Below, one piece after another: positions 22,300-36,639 of a DNA stretch of 64,000 bases. The notes beneath the pieces are model-generated. The model had not been told where the DNA came from. It did not search any database and saw only the letters and a list, made by a program, of their open reading frames with translations. Origin of the DNA: Adineta vaga (taxonomy: Eukaryota > Animalia > Rotifera). The stretch spans positions 4,898,001 through 4,962,000 of the forward strand of contig CP075493.1 of assembly GCA_021613535.1 (NCBI GenBank), given 5' to 3'. The translations under genes and the position numbers were made by a program. Position 1 is the stretch's first letter; every line of letters begins with the position of its first letter.

Positions 22300-25200
22300 A
22301 TGAGTGTACCAGTAAGTAAACTGACATTTCTTTTCGATGTATTCATATCATAGAAAATATTTAATCTTATATGTTTGAGTAATGATGAACATCAAAATGT
22401 TGAAAAATAAATGAAAGATATTTTCGGATGAATTATTATTAGATATGAAAGAAAACGAAAAAAGAAAAGAAATAATATGTATAGATATGAAATTTGCAAT
22501 AGGCAATATTCTTTTCTTTCTGTTGGTGCCAATGGGGAAAAGAACTATGTGTAAATATCAATCATTTTCTACCTTTTCTTTCACGAAAGAATAGATTAAT
22601 ATGTCTGCTAGTGAATATACGAGTGTCTTTTCTTTTTTGCTTTGTTGTAATCAAACTATTCGTTTATAGGTGGCAAGTGAACGTAAATCATTCTTACCTT
22701 TACTATTGAAACCAACCACCGGTATAGTTGGTCCACGGCCAACAATACCGATGCCAACTGTTACTGAAACTAACAAGTAATATTAGATTCAATTGATTCA
22801 TGAATTTCAATCATATCTCAATTTGTTTTTCTAGCAATTCATCATTAACAGTTGGCAGTCGTGTGTTAGTAAATGGACTCAAAAGTGGTATCTTACGTTA
22901 TATAGGTACAGTACAATTTGCACAAGGGATATTTTGTGGTGTTGAACTGGATCAACCAGATGGTAAACATGATGGTGAAGTGAAAGATGTTCGGTAAAAA
23001 CAAATAACTCTTCAAAATGAACGCGTTCTATTCCTCTATTTGTTTTTTTTCGAAGATATTTTCAATGTGCTTCTAATCATGGCGTATTCGTACCTCAGGA
23101 TAAAGTTGTTTTAGCACCTCGTACAAGAGCATCTGTAAGTTTTAACACTAACACTTTTATGTAACGAAAAGAAAAACTCAATCTTTTAGTCATCACAACG
23201 ACCTGTTAGTCGATTAAAACCTCCAACATTGACACGTTCGATTACGTTAACATCATCAATCAATAAACTTGAACTATCAAAATCAGTTCAATTACCAGAT
23301 ATTGTACCAAGCCCAATTAGTCAACCGGTGATATTCGATCAATCTATATTCCAAGATAATCATGTATGTTCAAAAGATCATGCTTGTTGAAAAATATTAT
23401 CACAATTTTAGGAGATCATCATGCCAATTGAACAGACAAAAGAAGAGACTATTGTTAAAATTGAACCTCCACCAATTTCAATCGATGATCGTATGTGTTA
23501 AATCTCTAAATAGATCTTTTTCTTTCGTAATTTTTGTTTTTTTTTCTTCAGATCTCGATGTAGATTTTACTGATAGTGTTTCCTTAATTCTACATCAATT
23601 ACAACAAGAACAGAAACCAATTGGTACTAATGCTTCTTCAATCATAGTTAGTGAAGAAGAAACGGATGAAGATACCGATGAATTAGATAATGAAAGTGTA
23701 GTCGAATCAACTACAAATGAACCATTTGATCGTACACGTCAATCATCGATATCTTCGAATTTTACGCCACTAGAATTAACAAAACTTGTTCAAACAGATC
23801 TCACATTTTCTTCACATGATAATATTTCTTTCGCAAAAGTTGACACTTCACATAATCAAACAAAAATCAATAAAAAATATGAACCGCCGAATCTTCAGAA
23901 GAAGAAACCAACAACTGTTTCACCAGCTAAGAAAAGTAAATTTAACTTACATCTTGAAAAATAAGTAGAAAAAACTTTCGATCTATACTCAGTTGTTGAA
24001 CGACGACCAGCACCATCATCAACTAATCATACAAAACGACCTGCAACCAATATAATACCTCGAAAACCATCGATAATTCCATCAAAAAAAGGACCAACAT
24101 CAAAAACACCATCAACGATATCACTAGGATCACAATCAAGTATAAAATAACTTTGTTTATATCATATCAACAAATGTTTTTTGTATATTTTTGATTTAGA
24201 ATTAAATTTATCACTTTCATCATCTAATTCTCTGAACAGTAGTCAATCTGATGTAGCTTCAATAACACCAAGTTCAAATTCCAAACGAACATCCGATCAC
24301 ATCATTCAAGCTCCAGAACATATTGTTCTTAGTCTTCTTGGTAAAGATATAATTCACACTCTTCTTATCGAAATATTTGATTCTTTATTTAGAAAAACAA
24401 TTGGATGAATCTCAAACAAATTTTGTCAAACTTGAGCAACAATTAACTACGTAATTGACAAATCAAATCCTTTTCAATTTCAACAAAATTCTTTCCTTAT
24501 TTCGATTTAGGCAAACTAATCTCAATCATTCTCTCACCATGAATAATGAACAGTTAAAAAACTACTCTCAATATTTACTAGAAAAATTCGATCTTCTATG
24601 TATTTTAAGTCAATATTTTATCAATGAAGTAAGATTAGCTTTATCAAATAGAATGGTTGTTACTCATTTCGTTTTACATATTAGAATGAATCTCTTCAAC
24701 AACAACATAAACGACAATTATCTCAAGGTAGATTTATGTTTTCATTGAATAGAAAAAGAAAACATATTTACTTGTATTTTTAGCTCAATTAACAAATCAT
24801 CAATTAAAAGTAATCAATTACAAAGTTTTATTCAATATATTTTTGATTTTATGTTTACAAAAACATTTAGACTACAATTGAACAATTAAAAACATCTCAT
24901 AAAAATGATCTGAGTACATTAGATAAACAATATCAAACTCGTATTGAGACACTCAATAAAACTCATGAACAACAATTAAATGAATATCAACAAAAAATCA
25001 ATCAATTTAACGTAAATATCATTTATTCATTATCTTTAGTGAATTTTTTGTTCATTTAGCGTGAGAAAGATGAAGTTGAATCTCGCTGTTTAATTCTTCA
25101 AGAAAAAGTCGATGGTTTCTTAACTGCAATGGCTAACAGTGAACATGCTGATGTCTTATTATGTCATGTTGAAACATTAGAAAAAGATCGTACGAGTTTA

Positions 25201-25770
25201 CAAAGTGTACTTGAACTTAAAAATAAAGAAACTACACAATTAAGAACTAAACTACACGAATATCAAATTCAAGTAATGAAATTGTTGAAAAAAGATCGAT
25301 CGACATAGAATTGTTTTCTAGTTAACTGATACGAAAGCATTACAAAAACGTGTTGATATGGCTGAAAATCGAAATCAAGATCTTGAATATCTTCTTCGAC
25401 AAAAACAATTGAGTGAAAAGTAAAATCATCTATTCGATTTTTAATGAGACTCACATTTGTTTGTACTTGTAGAGCTGCTGTTATTGAACGAGATGATTTA
25501 AGAGAACGAGTGACACAACTTGAACGAGATAATGGTCAATTAAAATTCGAGAATGAAACATTACGATATCGGCTACGTGAACGATCATTCTCGGTTTCAA
25601 TGATCGCAGATAAACCAACAATATTACCCCATCAAGTTCTTCCTATTTCTTCACATAGAGAACAAGTTCGCGAACGTACTTATAGCATAACATCAACTAT
25701 GCTTGTTACAAATGACAATGAACGTATTACACGTTCATTATCATCTTTAAATTGTATTCTTAATCGGTGA
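22300..25770 (+). CDS. CAP-Gly domain protein with C-terminal MTUS1/MTUS2/CCDC69-like coiled coil
   Basis: CAP-Gly reads LTVGSRVLV...GILRYIGTVQFAQGIFCGVELDQPDGKHDGEVKDVRYFQC..NHGVFVP. C-terminus reads LEKDRTSLQSVLELKNKE...QLKFENETLRYRL. A micro first exon MSVP is at 22300. Confidence 0.8.
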
Positions 25771-27121
25771 TACTTTCCTTTTCTCTTTTCCGTTGCTTTT
25801 GTATGTTTCGAGAATGTGCACCTGCTTTGTGTAGTTTGCTTGTTTGTGTTTTTATTTACGTAAATTGGACAATATTAGAAAATATAATGACACATACATA
25901 TATATATATATTTGCGTGATATTATTTCTATATACAAATTATTCACTGCTTTTGTACTTTAAATATTATTTATTTGTTGTAGTATGTGCTTAGAATGAAA
26001 GAATATTGAACTATTTTAATAAAAATATCTATTCATCATGCATGATGAATAGATAGATGAATCTCTTCTTAGTTTTTGATTGAATTAGACTGAACGTTCC
26101 GGATGTACGTGTTTGCGAATCCGGTTGAATTCGATTTTTGATGCTTGCTTTGCATATAATCAAATAAAAATCAAGATTTTCTTTATTGAAAACGATTGAA
26201 ATTCGGTAAAAATCGATATTAATATGCTTAAAATTAGTAAAGCTTTTTATGTAGCGAAAATGTGCTTGGAAAGTTAGAATCGATGGCGAATTCTTCCGAA
26301 ATAAATAGGTATCAACACCTAATAAGTATGGATGGTTGAGCCGTCTTCATTTAAACTGTACTATTAAGATTATCTCCGATAGGAAGCATTTAATCTAACA
26401 TTCGGTCGACGGACAGATCGATATATGTATTTTGCATCTATTTGAACGATGAAAATAAATTTCACATTCACATTGTATACATAATTCATACTTCGATGCT
26501 ATGACAATGCTTCCAAATATATCAATTCTATTCAAAGATATAAATGTATATAAAGAGACAAAAATCAAATTTAAATTTATTTACAAATCTTCATACTGTT
26601 ATTGATGTTAAGAGTTAGCTCGATATAAAATTTGCTTAGTAATCGAACATGAATTATGTTTTTGATTGATTTTTTTGGACTCAACTTTTCTATTTCTTTC
26701 AATGATTCAACATTTGGAATCCAGCAGTTTCATCAACAACAAGTATTAATACACTCATGAGTTTATTTGATATTTATCTCGCCATTTTCGTGGTTGAAAA
26801 TGTTGCTGATTTAGTTGACAACAACGACAATTCCACTGACGACCACATCAGCAATTTAAAAAAAAATGATAGAAAGTGTGAAAATAATTTGTCAAAATAA
26901 TTTTTCTGCTTTTTTAGAGTTAATGTTGATAGCTATGTGTTCGAGCAAGATATATTTGCTCTCATATTCAGTTATTTTTATTTCATCAATACTTTTACTT
27001 ACTGTGCATTTGTAGTCAGAAGCCTCCATAATGAGTACAATACTATCATGACTCGATGCTCAATTTATTCATTAACAGATCGTTCGATGAGTCATTCTGT
27101 AATAAATACTGATCTCTTTCT

Positions 27122-28586
27122 ATGACATTTATTGTTCAATTGATCACACTTCAATTTCTACTTTTTCTTCTTTATTCAACCAATAGTACCGTTTGTCGAT
27201 GGTAAGTTTATATTTCGTCAAACGTAAATAAGCTATATCTATGGAATTGTAGGTCACCTATTCAGTGTGGTTGTGCATTTTATCAACCAATAATACGTGC
27301 TCGTATTATCGGTGGTATTGAGAGTATTCCACATTCATGGTAAATAGTGTTTATACATATATTCTAGACAATGTTTCTTTTTAGGCCATGGATTGTCAGT
27401 ATTCGTTTAGCATCAACAAATTCGCCTTTTTGTGGTATTGATTTTTCGTCTCAGTCTTCAATCTAACTATCTCATAATTCTAGGTGGTTCACTTATTACG
27501 GATCGATATATTCTAACGGCAGCTCATGTATGTATCATCTCTTACAGGAACCAAATACATAGAAACAACTTTAAGGTATTTAGTGTTTTTACGATGATTT
27601 TAAAAAAATAGGTAATAAAATGATTACAATCATGAAATCTCGATATGTCTTTGTTATTGGTGCTCATTATTCCACTGAAAAGAATACATATCTCAATAGT
27701 CATTTACGTCTATCTGCAAAAGCAATTCTTCTACATCCTCAATATGATACTAGAACAAAAATTAATGATATTGCTCTTGTAGAATTAAATCGACCCGTTG
27801 ATCTTGCAGATAAAACAATTGGTTTTATATGTTTGCCAATGGCTACATTACGTTATCCAAAAATATTTCCACCTGATCGTGCGGATTCTGTAAAATTTGT
27901 TTTAATCTTTTCGTAGTTTTTTCTAAATCATTTTGTTTTCATAGGTGGCTATTGGATGGGGACGTATACGAGAAGATTCATTAGGACGTGCTAGTAGAAC
28001 ACTTTTACAAGTTGATTTACCTGTTCAGTCACCATATATACAACCATCGGATTGTGCTGATCAAATATATGATCCAGAAAAACAGTTCTGTGCTGGAGTT
28101 CCTCAAGGTGGAAAGGACACATGTCAAGGCGACAGGTTTAACTGAATTTTTCATAGCTTGCGAATGAATATATCGTCTTTGGTTATTTGCTAGTGGTGGA
28201 CCATTGATGTTAACATATAATCGAACATGGCAAATTATTGGAATAACGAGTTATGGTGAAGGTTGTGCACGAGCACATAAACCAGGTTGATATCAATTAA
28301 TTCAATAAATATTTTTCTTTTAAATTCTTATCTTGTAGGAGTTTATACTCGTATTAGTGTATATCGTGATTGGATTAATGAAACAATCAGTAGAAATACT
28401 AATGATGATGAAACTCAATTATTTAATATGGCAAATAATATTGATATGAATAATGATTTAGAAATATGGTGGGATACAAATTTCTATAATCATGCAGGAT
28501 TGTATTTCATATCGATATTTCATTTGTTATGTATATGTTTTTTACATTCATTTCTTCATTATTATAACTTTCGATTCTCTACTTAA
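27122..28586 (+). CDS. Trypsin-like (S1A) serine protease with signal peptide and hydrophobic C-terminus
   Basis: Contains QCGC, R|IIGG, WPWIVS, LTAAHC, NDIAL, DTCQGDSGGPL and GVYTRIS. Multi-exon. Confidence 0.92.
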
Positions 28587-28721
28587 AGCAATCTTCAAAA
28601 ATATATGTTTTTAATTAAATGCTATGTTGAAGAAAGAATGATATTTGACATTTTTCTATCTTTAAGGTTTTTATTTGAATATGAAATACTCGAAATGAAC
28701 GAAACAGAATGGCAATATATT

Positions 28722-31700
28722 TTATTTCAATTTGATATAAGAAGGTAATACAAATTTAACTTTTCCACTCGGTAAATTCCGTGTTACTTCTTGATCTTTC
28801 ACCGTTTTAATAAGATCTTTCTCTAATTGACTTGATGTTCGATCCATAGCAAAAAGTTTCAAAGCAGCTTGAACATCTAAAAGAAAGAATTTATCTCTTA
28901 TCATTAAATAAATGAACTTTTTCAAGATCATACTTTTGCCTTTTTTAGCAAGACCACCCGGTAAAACTTTCACCTTATATTTATAATTATTTAATGTAAC
29001 CCATGGTGCACAAACGCCGATTACATTTGTTAATGGATCACCAGGCACTGGTTGTCCAGTGAGTGTAGATAGTAAACGAGCATCTTCAGATAATCGCTTC
29101 GCTTTTTCTTCTTCATCTTCTTGTTGTTCAGTTTCATCATCATCAGGAGCTGCTGCTCAGCAGCAGCACTGGCAGTCGATTGTGGTCGAGTCTGAGCCGA
29201 ATTGGGTCTTTTCTTGTTCTCCTTATTGTTTGCTTTTTGTTGTTGTTTCTGTAGTTTCTTTTGTTGTTCCTCTAGTTGTTGTTTCTTTTTTGCTTCATTA
29301 CCAGCTGAGCCTAAAAGTTGCATTCGAACTTGTCGATCTTCTTCATCTTGATCTTTATATTTTTCTTTGATTTTTTTCAAACGTGTTCGTTGACCACGTT
29401 TTATCGGTTGATTTTCATTTGTCGTCTTTTTCGGTTGTTGTTGTTGTTGTTGTTGTTGCGGGGGCTGACGTCGAGATGGTTTCTGTTCATTACTATCTAA
29501 TGGTTTCGGTGTTTCTTCATTGTATGTTACTTGAGTATCAGGATACGCTGAAAGCTCTTGCTCTTGTTCTTCTTCATCAGACGAAGAAGATGATAATGCT
29601 GCAGGTTCAGAAACAGGAAGAGGATTAGAATCTTCAGTTTCTTCAACAATTTTTTCTTCTTGTTGCTGTTCTTGTGCTTGTTCATCATCTGTAACTTCTT
29701 TTTTATTATCTTCATTTTCACCTTCATCATCATCATCATCATCATCATCTGATACTTCCAACGGAGCTTCTTCGTTCAATTCTTGACTTTCATTATGTGC
29801 AGCTTGTTTCATATCCTAATAAGAAAATCAATGGTAATAAATATATGAACATCATCATTAGTTGTATCCTTTTAGAAAAATTTAATATTTACAAATATGC
29901 AGTTCTCTTATAATATGCTTTCATCTTTGGTATATGTCAAATTACGGATAAACTATCGTACCTGTTCATCGAGAACACTTTTTGGTTTTCGTTCATCACT
30001 ATGTCGAGTAATGGCTGCTTCATCACTTTCATCAAACTAGTAAAACAAATAAGATAAATATCATTTCATTACATGTCATAAATGTACTTTGAATAGAAGA
30101 GCAAAACCAAAATTTAAAGGTGTTGTTGGGAGATAATTTCGTTTTCCTACAAAGAGAAAATTTGTTTATTCATAATCAAATAAATAATCGAATTCCAACC
30201 TCGAATCATAAAAGCACCAGTTGTAATATATTCTCCTGTAGGTGCACTTTTTGAAACTTGATCATGTTTTACCCAATAAGCAGGAGCTGGTACTTTTGCT
30301 TCCCATGCTGCACTATGGCAACAAGCTAAAATTCCAGCTTCTTGTAATGTTCGTGGTGGTACTTCGTTTCCAGTTGGATTCTTAATAACAACGCTTGTTG
30401 CACCATGTAAATCAGCGTGAACATAAAGATCGCCAGGACGTAAATGACGTTTAACTAACATCTCATTTTGTTGTTGATCACGACCACCCAAGACAATATA
30501 ATTATCAGAACTAATGAACCAATAGAATTTCTCAAACCTAAATGAAATTGAATTGTCTCATGAAAGAATGTTTTTTTTTCTGTCTACAAAAAGTCAAACT
30601 TACCAAAAGACTTTTCGTGCTTTAGTCACAGTAGCGACACGTTCGACTTCTTTGAGTAATGCATTCGTTCGTTTTGATGCAGATTTAATAGCCTAATGAA
30701 ATACGATTGGAAAACGAGAGAGAATTCAATTGCATAAAAACAAACTTTTTCTCCGGCTTCTAATGTTCGTTGTTGTTTCTGTGACGATTGTTTTTTATGT
30801 TCAAAATATCTAGTTACAGCAGTCGAAAAGAACTAAACAATAGTAGGAAGTCATATCAAAGGATATCATACCGTTTGGCATTTGCAAAAGCAGTTAATGA
30901 AAGGTCAACATCAATTTTAACAGGTGCAAGAGAAGATTTATCATTTTCATCCGCAAATGGATCACTATAAAATCAAAACAAAATAGTTGAATGAGTATGA
31001 AAACACGAATAGTATGAACTTACCGAAGAAGTAATGTTATATGATTAATATCTAATTTAATCGTTTGAATAGCTCGAGCAGTTAGGTCACCTGATTGTTT
31101 TGCTTCATCAACAAGTTCTTCGATTTCTGGCCAACTCATTTGATTGGCTATTGCTGTATTGATTGCTGTCATAGCTCGAGTTACCTAGTAAGAATTCCAG
31201 GTAATGATATTAACATAGAAATCATAGATTACTTACGAGATCAGCATTCATTTCGATAAAATATGCTTTTCGAATATCTTCATTCTAGTCATTATTACAA
31301 AATAATTAAATCAAGTGTTGATCTTTATCTACAAACCTGTGCATTTTGTAATTCATCCAAACGTTTCTGATGATCTTTTTTAACATTATCAAGTTTTTTC
31401 AATGCATCTTTTTCTTTCTGTACAATTTGGCCTTCTAATCGTTGTGCTTCAAGTTTTGAAAAGAATTCATCAACAGCCTAGAAAAATCATAGTTATCGAT
31501 CAAATTCATATTAAACAAAGAAAATACGATATTTTTACTCGATCAAATGTTGGTAATTCAAGAAATTGTTTTGATTCAAATTGTTTAAATAAAAATGGAT
31601 GAAATTCTTCATAACTATAAATTTAAAATCTGTATGTAAACAAATAGATTGTCTCAAATCTTACCTCAGCAATGATGATGAACCTTCTTGTCGATAAGTG

Positions 31701-32892
31701 ATATATCCCTATGAGATATATATATATATATATAGATTGTTAAATTCCCTCAATGGTTTCTCTTACTTTACATTCACCTGTATCTGCTTGTTTTAGATAA
31801 TCCAACGCTTGTATTAGTTGTTCATGTAATTTAAGAGCATCTGTAATAAGAAAACTTGTTTCTAAGTGTATTAGAATCTTAAACAAACCTTGTTCAATAT
31901 TGAATGTTTTTCCTACAATAGTATTCTCATTATTGAATCCTGCTTTCAGTAAACATTCATCAAGTACAGCCGAACCAAATGCTAGAATATGAAACTTCTT
32001 ATCAGAAATATTCTACAAATAGGAAATCATACGTAAAAGTGGATTCAAGATTTTCTTAACCGATTCATTGGCTGGTGCATTGCTTAAATGTTCAATTAAT
32101 CTGAAAAAATAATCATACAAAACGAAAATGCTTTTTTTTTTCATTGTATATAAACAAACTTTTCTAATGAAAGTAGATCTTCTGGTTGTTTAACAGTTTC
32201 AACAGGATATTTTTCATTGACTGCAAATCGTTCATCAGTTGTTGCATCTGTTCGTTTACGAATTAATGATAGAATCATATAAGTATGATCGGTCAAAATG
32301 ATATTTCCCTGAAAAAATAAATCAACAGTTTAAACTATGAAAGATAAACCTTTTTTTCTTTCAAATACTTTATCATAAAGTTCAACAATGAGATGATAAG
32401 CTGCTTCACCACTACCAAATTGTAAATCAACAATACGATCGATACCTAATTGTTCAATAGATTCCAATCGACGAGATTTCAGATGTTTTCGAAGCTAAAT
32501 TTTTTAATAAATGTAAAGATTCTTCAAAGATTCTTTTTCCTACTTTCATAGCAAAACCTGATGGAATTAATCCTTTTGGCCAATCGAATTCAGTAGTATG
32601 AATTCGTATAGCTGATTCAATTAACAGAACACCTTTATCATCGGGTCTAATTAAATAAAAATGAACTATACAGAAATAAAACTACAATCGAAGTATCTTA
32701 CTTAGAAAATTTGATCAAATATGTTTTATTATCAACATCATAAACATTCACAACTCTCACACCGAGAAAACTAAATGAAACAATAAGGATCTATCCAATC
32801 CATATAAATCAAATAATAGAATACCGTTTTCGAACTGCTGCAATACATGCTTTTAGATCAAGAGTAGTAAATCGAGTCTTTTTAGCAGGCAT
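28722..32892 (-). CDS. NEMF: Ribosome quality control factor NEMF/Rqc2 (apparent frameshift near 29158)
   Basis: Reads [13 protein letters not shown]...[105 protein letters not shown] and [17 protein letters not shown]. Confidence 0.95.
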
Positions 32893-33749
32893 TGTTTGAA
32901 TATGATTCTAGTAATTTTGTAATTGAAAACGATTTCAACATCATCATATCATATCAGTCAGAAAGAATTAAATTCGTTTGCTAAACATATCGACCAATCG
33001 GATTTCAATCACTAGGCGACATCATTATAATCAATATTATAATCTTTAAAGTTATATAGAAGCATCAAAATTAGGTTAAAAAAGAGATTAGTATTATCTC
33101 ATAAATATTATATGACGCAGGTTTTCAATTGTACTTTTCTCTACGCCACAAACAGTTCAACTTTTTTTAATCAATTGATTTTCAATCATTATTGAAAATA
33201 TAATTTATAGCACATCTGTTATTCTTTTTACAATTGCATCAAATCAAAATATAGAAGTTATGAAAACTATTTCGTATCGATATCATTCGATGAGGATAAA
33301 TGTATATATTCTGTTTAAAAACGACTAATATTTTCGTTCAATACATTAATAAAGCGAGTAAATTTTGTTGATAATTATACTAACTATAGATTTCACTTGC
33401 CTTTCAATAAGTACATGAAACTTTATACCTTCCACATGTACATATTCTGATTACTTTATTTTCTATTAGGGATCAATGAAGAGCGATCTTATAGAGAAAG
33501 AAATCGCTTTTCTTTGAAGGCAATGTAAAAGGCGTCAGCAGTGTATATCTCGCATAGGGTTTTTCTATGTATTCAAAACATGATTCTCAATATTAGGTGT
33601 AGATCAAGGTCATATATTAGCATATATACTTTTATCAGTCGTTTTCGATTTCACTTTTTTTGTTCTCATTGTGTAGGCTTATATTGTACTTTGATCGTAC
33701 TTTTTTATTTTATTTTAGAATATTCATACTATTTCGACCAACGTTCTAA

Positions 33750-35417
<1,668 letters not shown>

Positions 35418-36639
35418 ATTAGTTAAAAGGAAATCGACATTGTTTAACTACAGTCTTTGATTGTTTCGTGTTTTGAGAAAATGTTTGTGTCGAAATTTAA
35501 AAAAAAAGAATACAAAAATATATTTTAACCTAATAAAATCTATTAGAATACATGATAGATTATTTATTCATTATCGAATATACTGGAAAGTCAAGAGATT
35601 GTTTTATGATTAATAAACGTAAGCAATACATTTTTCTATCTAATGGAAAAGTTCAACTAATATGAAACATCTTGTATATCTGAAAGAATGTAGATTGATA
35701 TATACATTCTTTATTGATTTAACATCGCTATTTGAATCAATTCCATACGTTCTTACTTCAATTTGAATTGCGAACTATACATCGAAATATCTGGAATATC
35801 ATGACATCTGTTTTTTTTGAAAAAAAGGACAATCATATGGATATATTTAGCTATATATTTCGTACGAAAATATTGATGTCAATATTGAATTTTTTCGTTA
35901 TTTTGTTTGTCTTGAAAATCTATTGCACATGAAATTGATTGTAAGAGATTTTTTTCAAATGTTGATTGTTATTTCTATCCACATTCGTTTTGAGTTTGTT
36001 GTTCACTTTTTCAAGACTGTATTCATGTATATATCTATTCAAGACAATTGAAAGAAAATTAGCTATGTAATTTATCTTGTTTTCGTTGTACTGTCTAAGC
36101 AATGATGCATACTTGGTTATTAACATTAAGTTTTTTAGTCATTTTTATCATGATAAACTTTTCATGGCAACTTCCATTGAGTAAATAACTTATTTTGATT
36201 ACTGATGGTAGAATAATTTGAACACTGATTATTGTTTAAAATTTAGATTCGTCAACATCAATTAATGGTACTGTGAAAAGCAATCAACGTTTGGCTGCTA
36301 TCATTCTAGCTAAACATCTTGTTCTTATTATACAAAATAATACAAATAAAAATGAAGTAGTTCAACTTCGATTAGAAATTACGTCGATATTAATATTTCC
36401 TTTTACGTTTACGTTTACAAATATCAAAGAAATTGAAAATGACGGCAATTACCTTTTGTCATTACTTTTTCTTGATATTTCTTATATATTTTACTGGAAA
36501 TCTATACTTTCAAATCAGCTGATAAAAGCTGGACAGATCAATTCTATCAAATTTGTAATTACATATGTGTATATTCGTATGTTACCTTTTGTTTTTCATC
36601 TAATTTCTTGATCTATATAATTTTTCACATCAATCATAG

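Noticed and set aside
29059-29748. Several overlapping ORFs with poly-V, poly-L and poly-M runs
   Set aside because: Antisense or alternate-frame readings of the Gln/Asp/Glu-rich NEMF linker.
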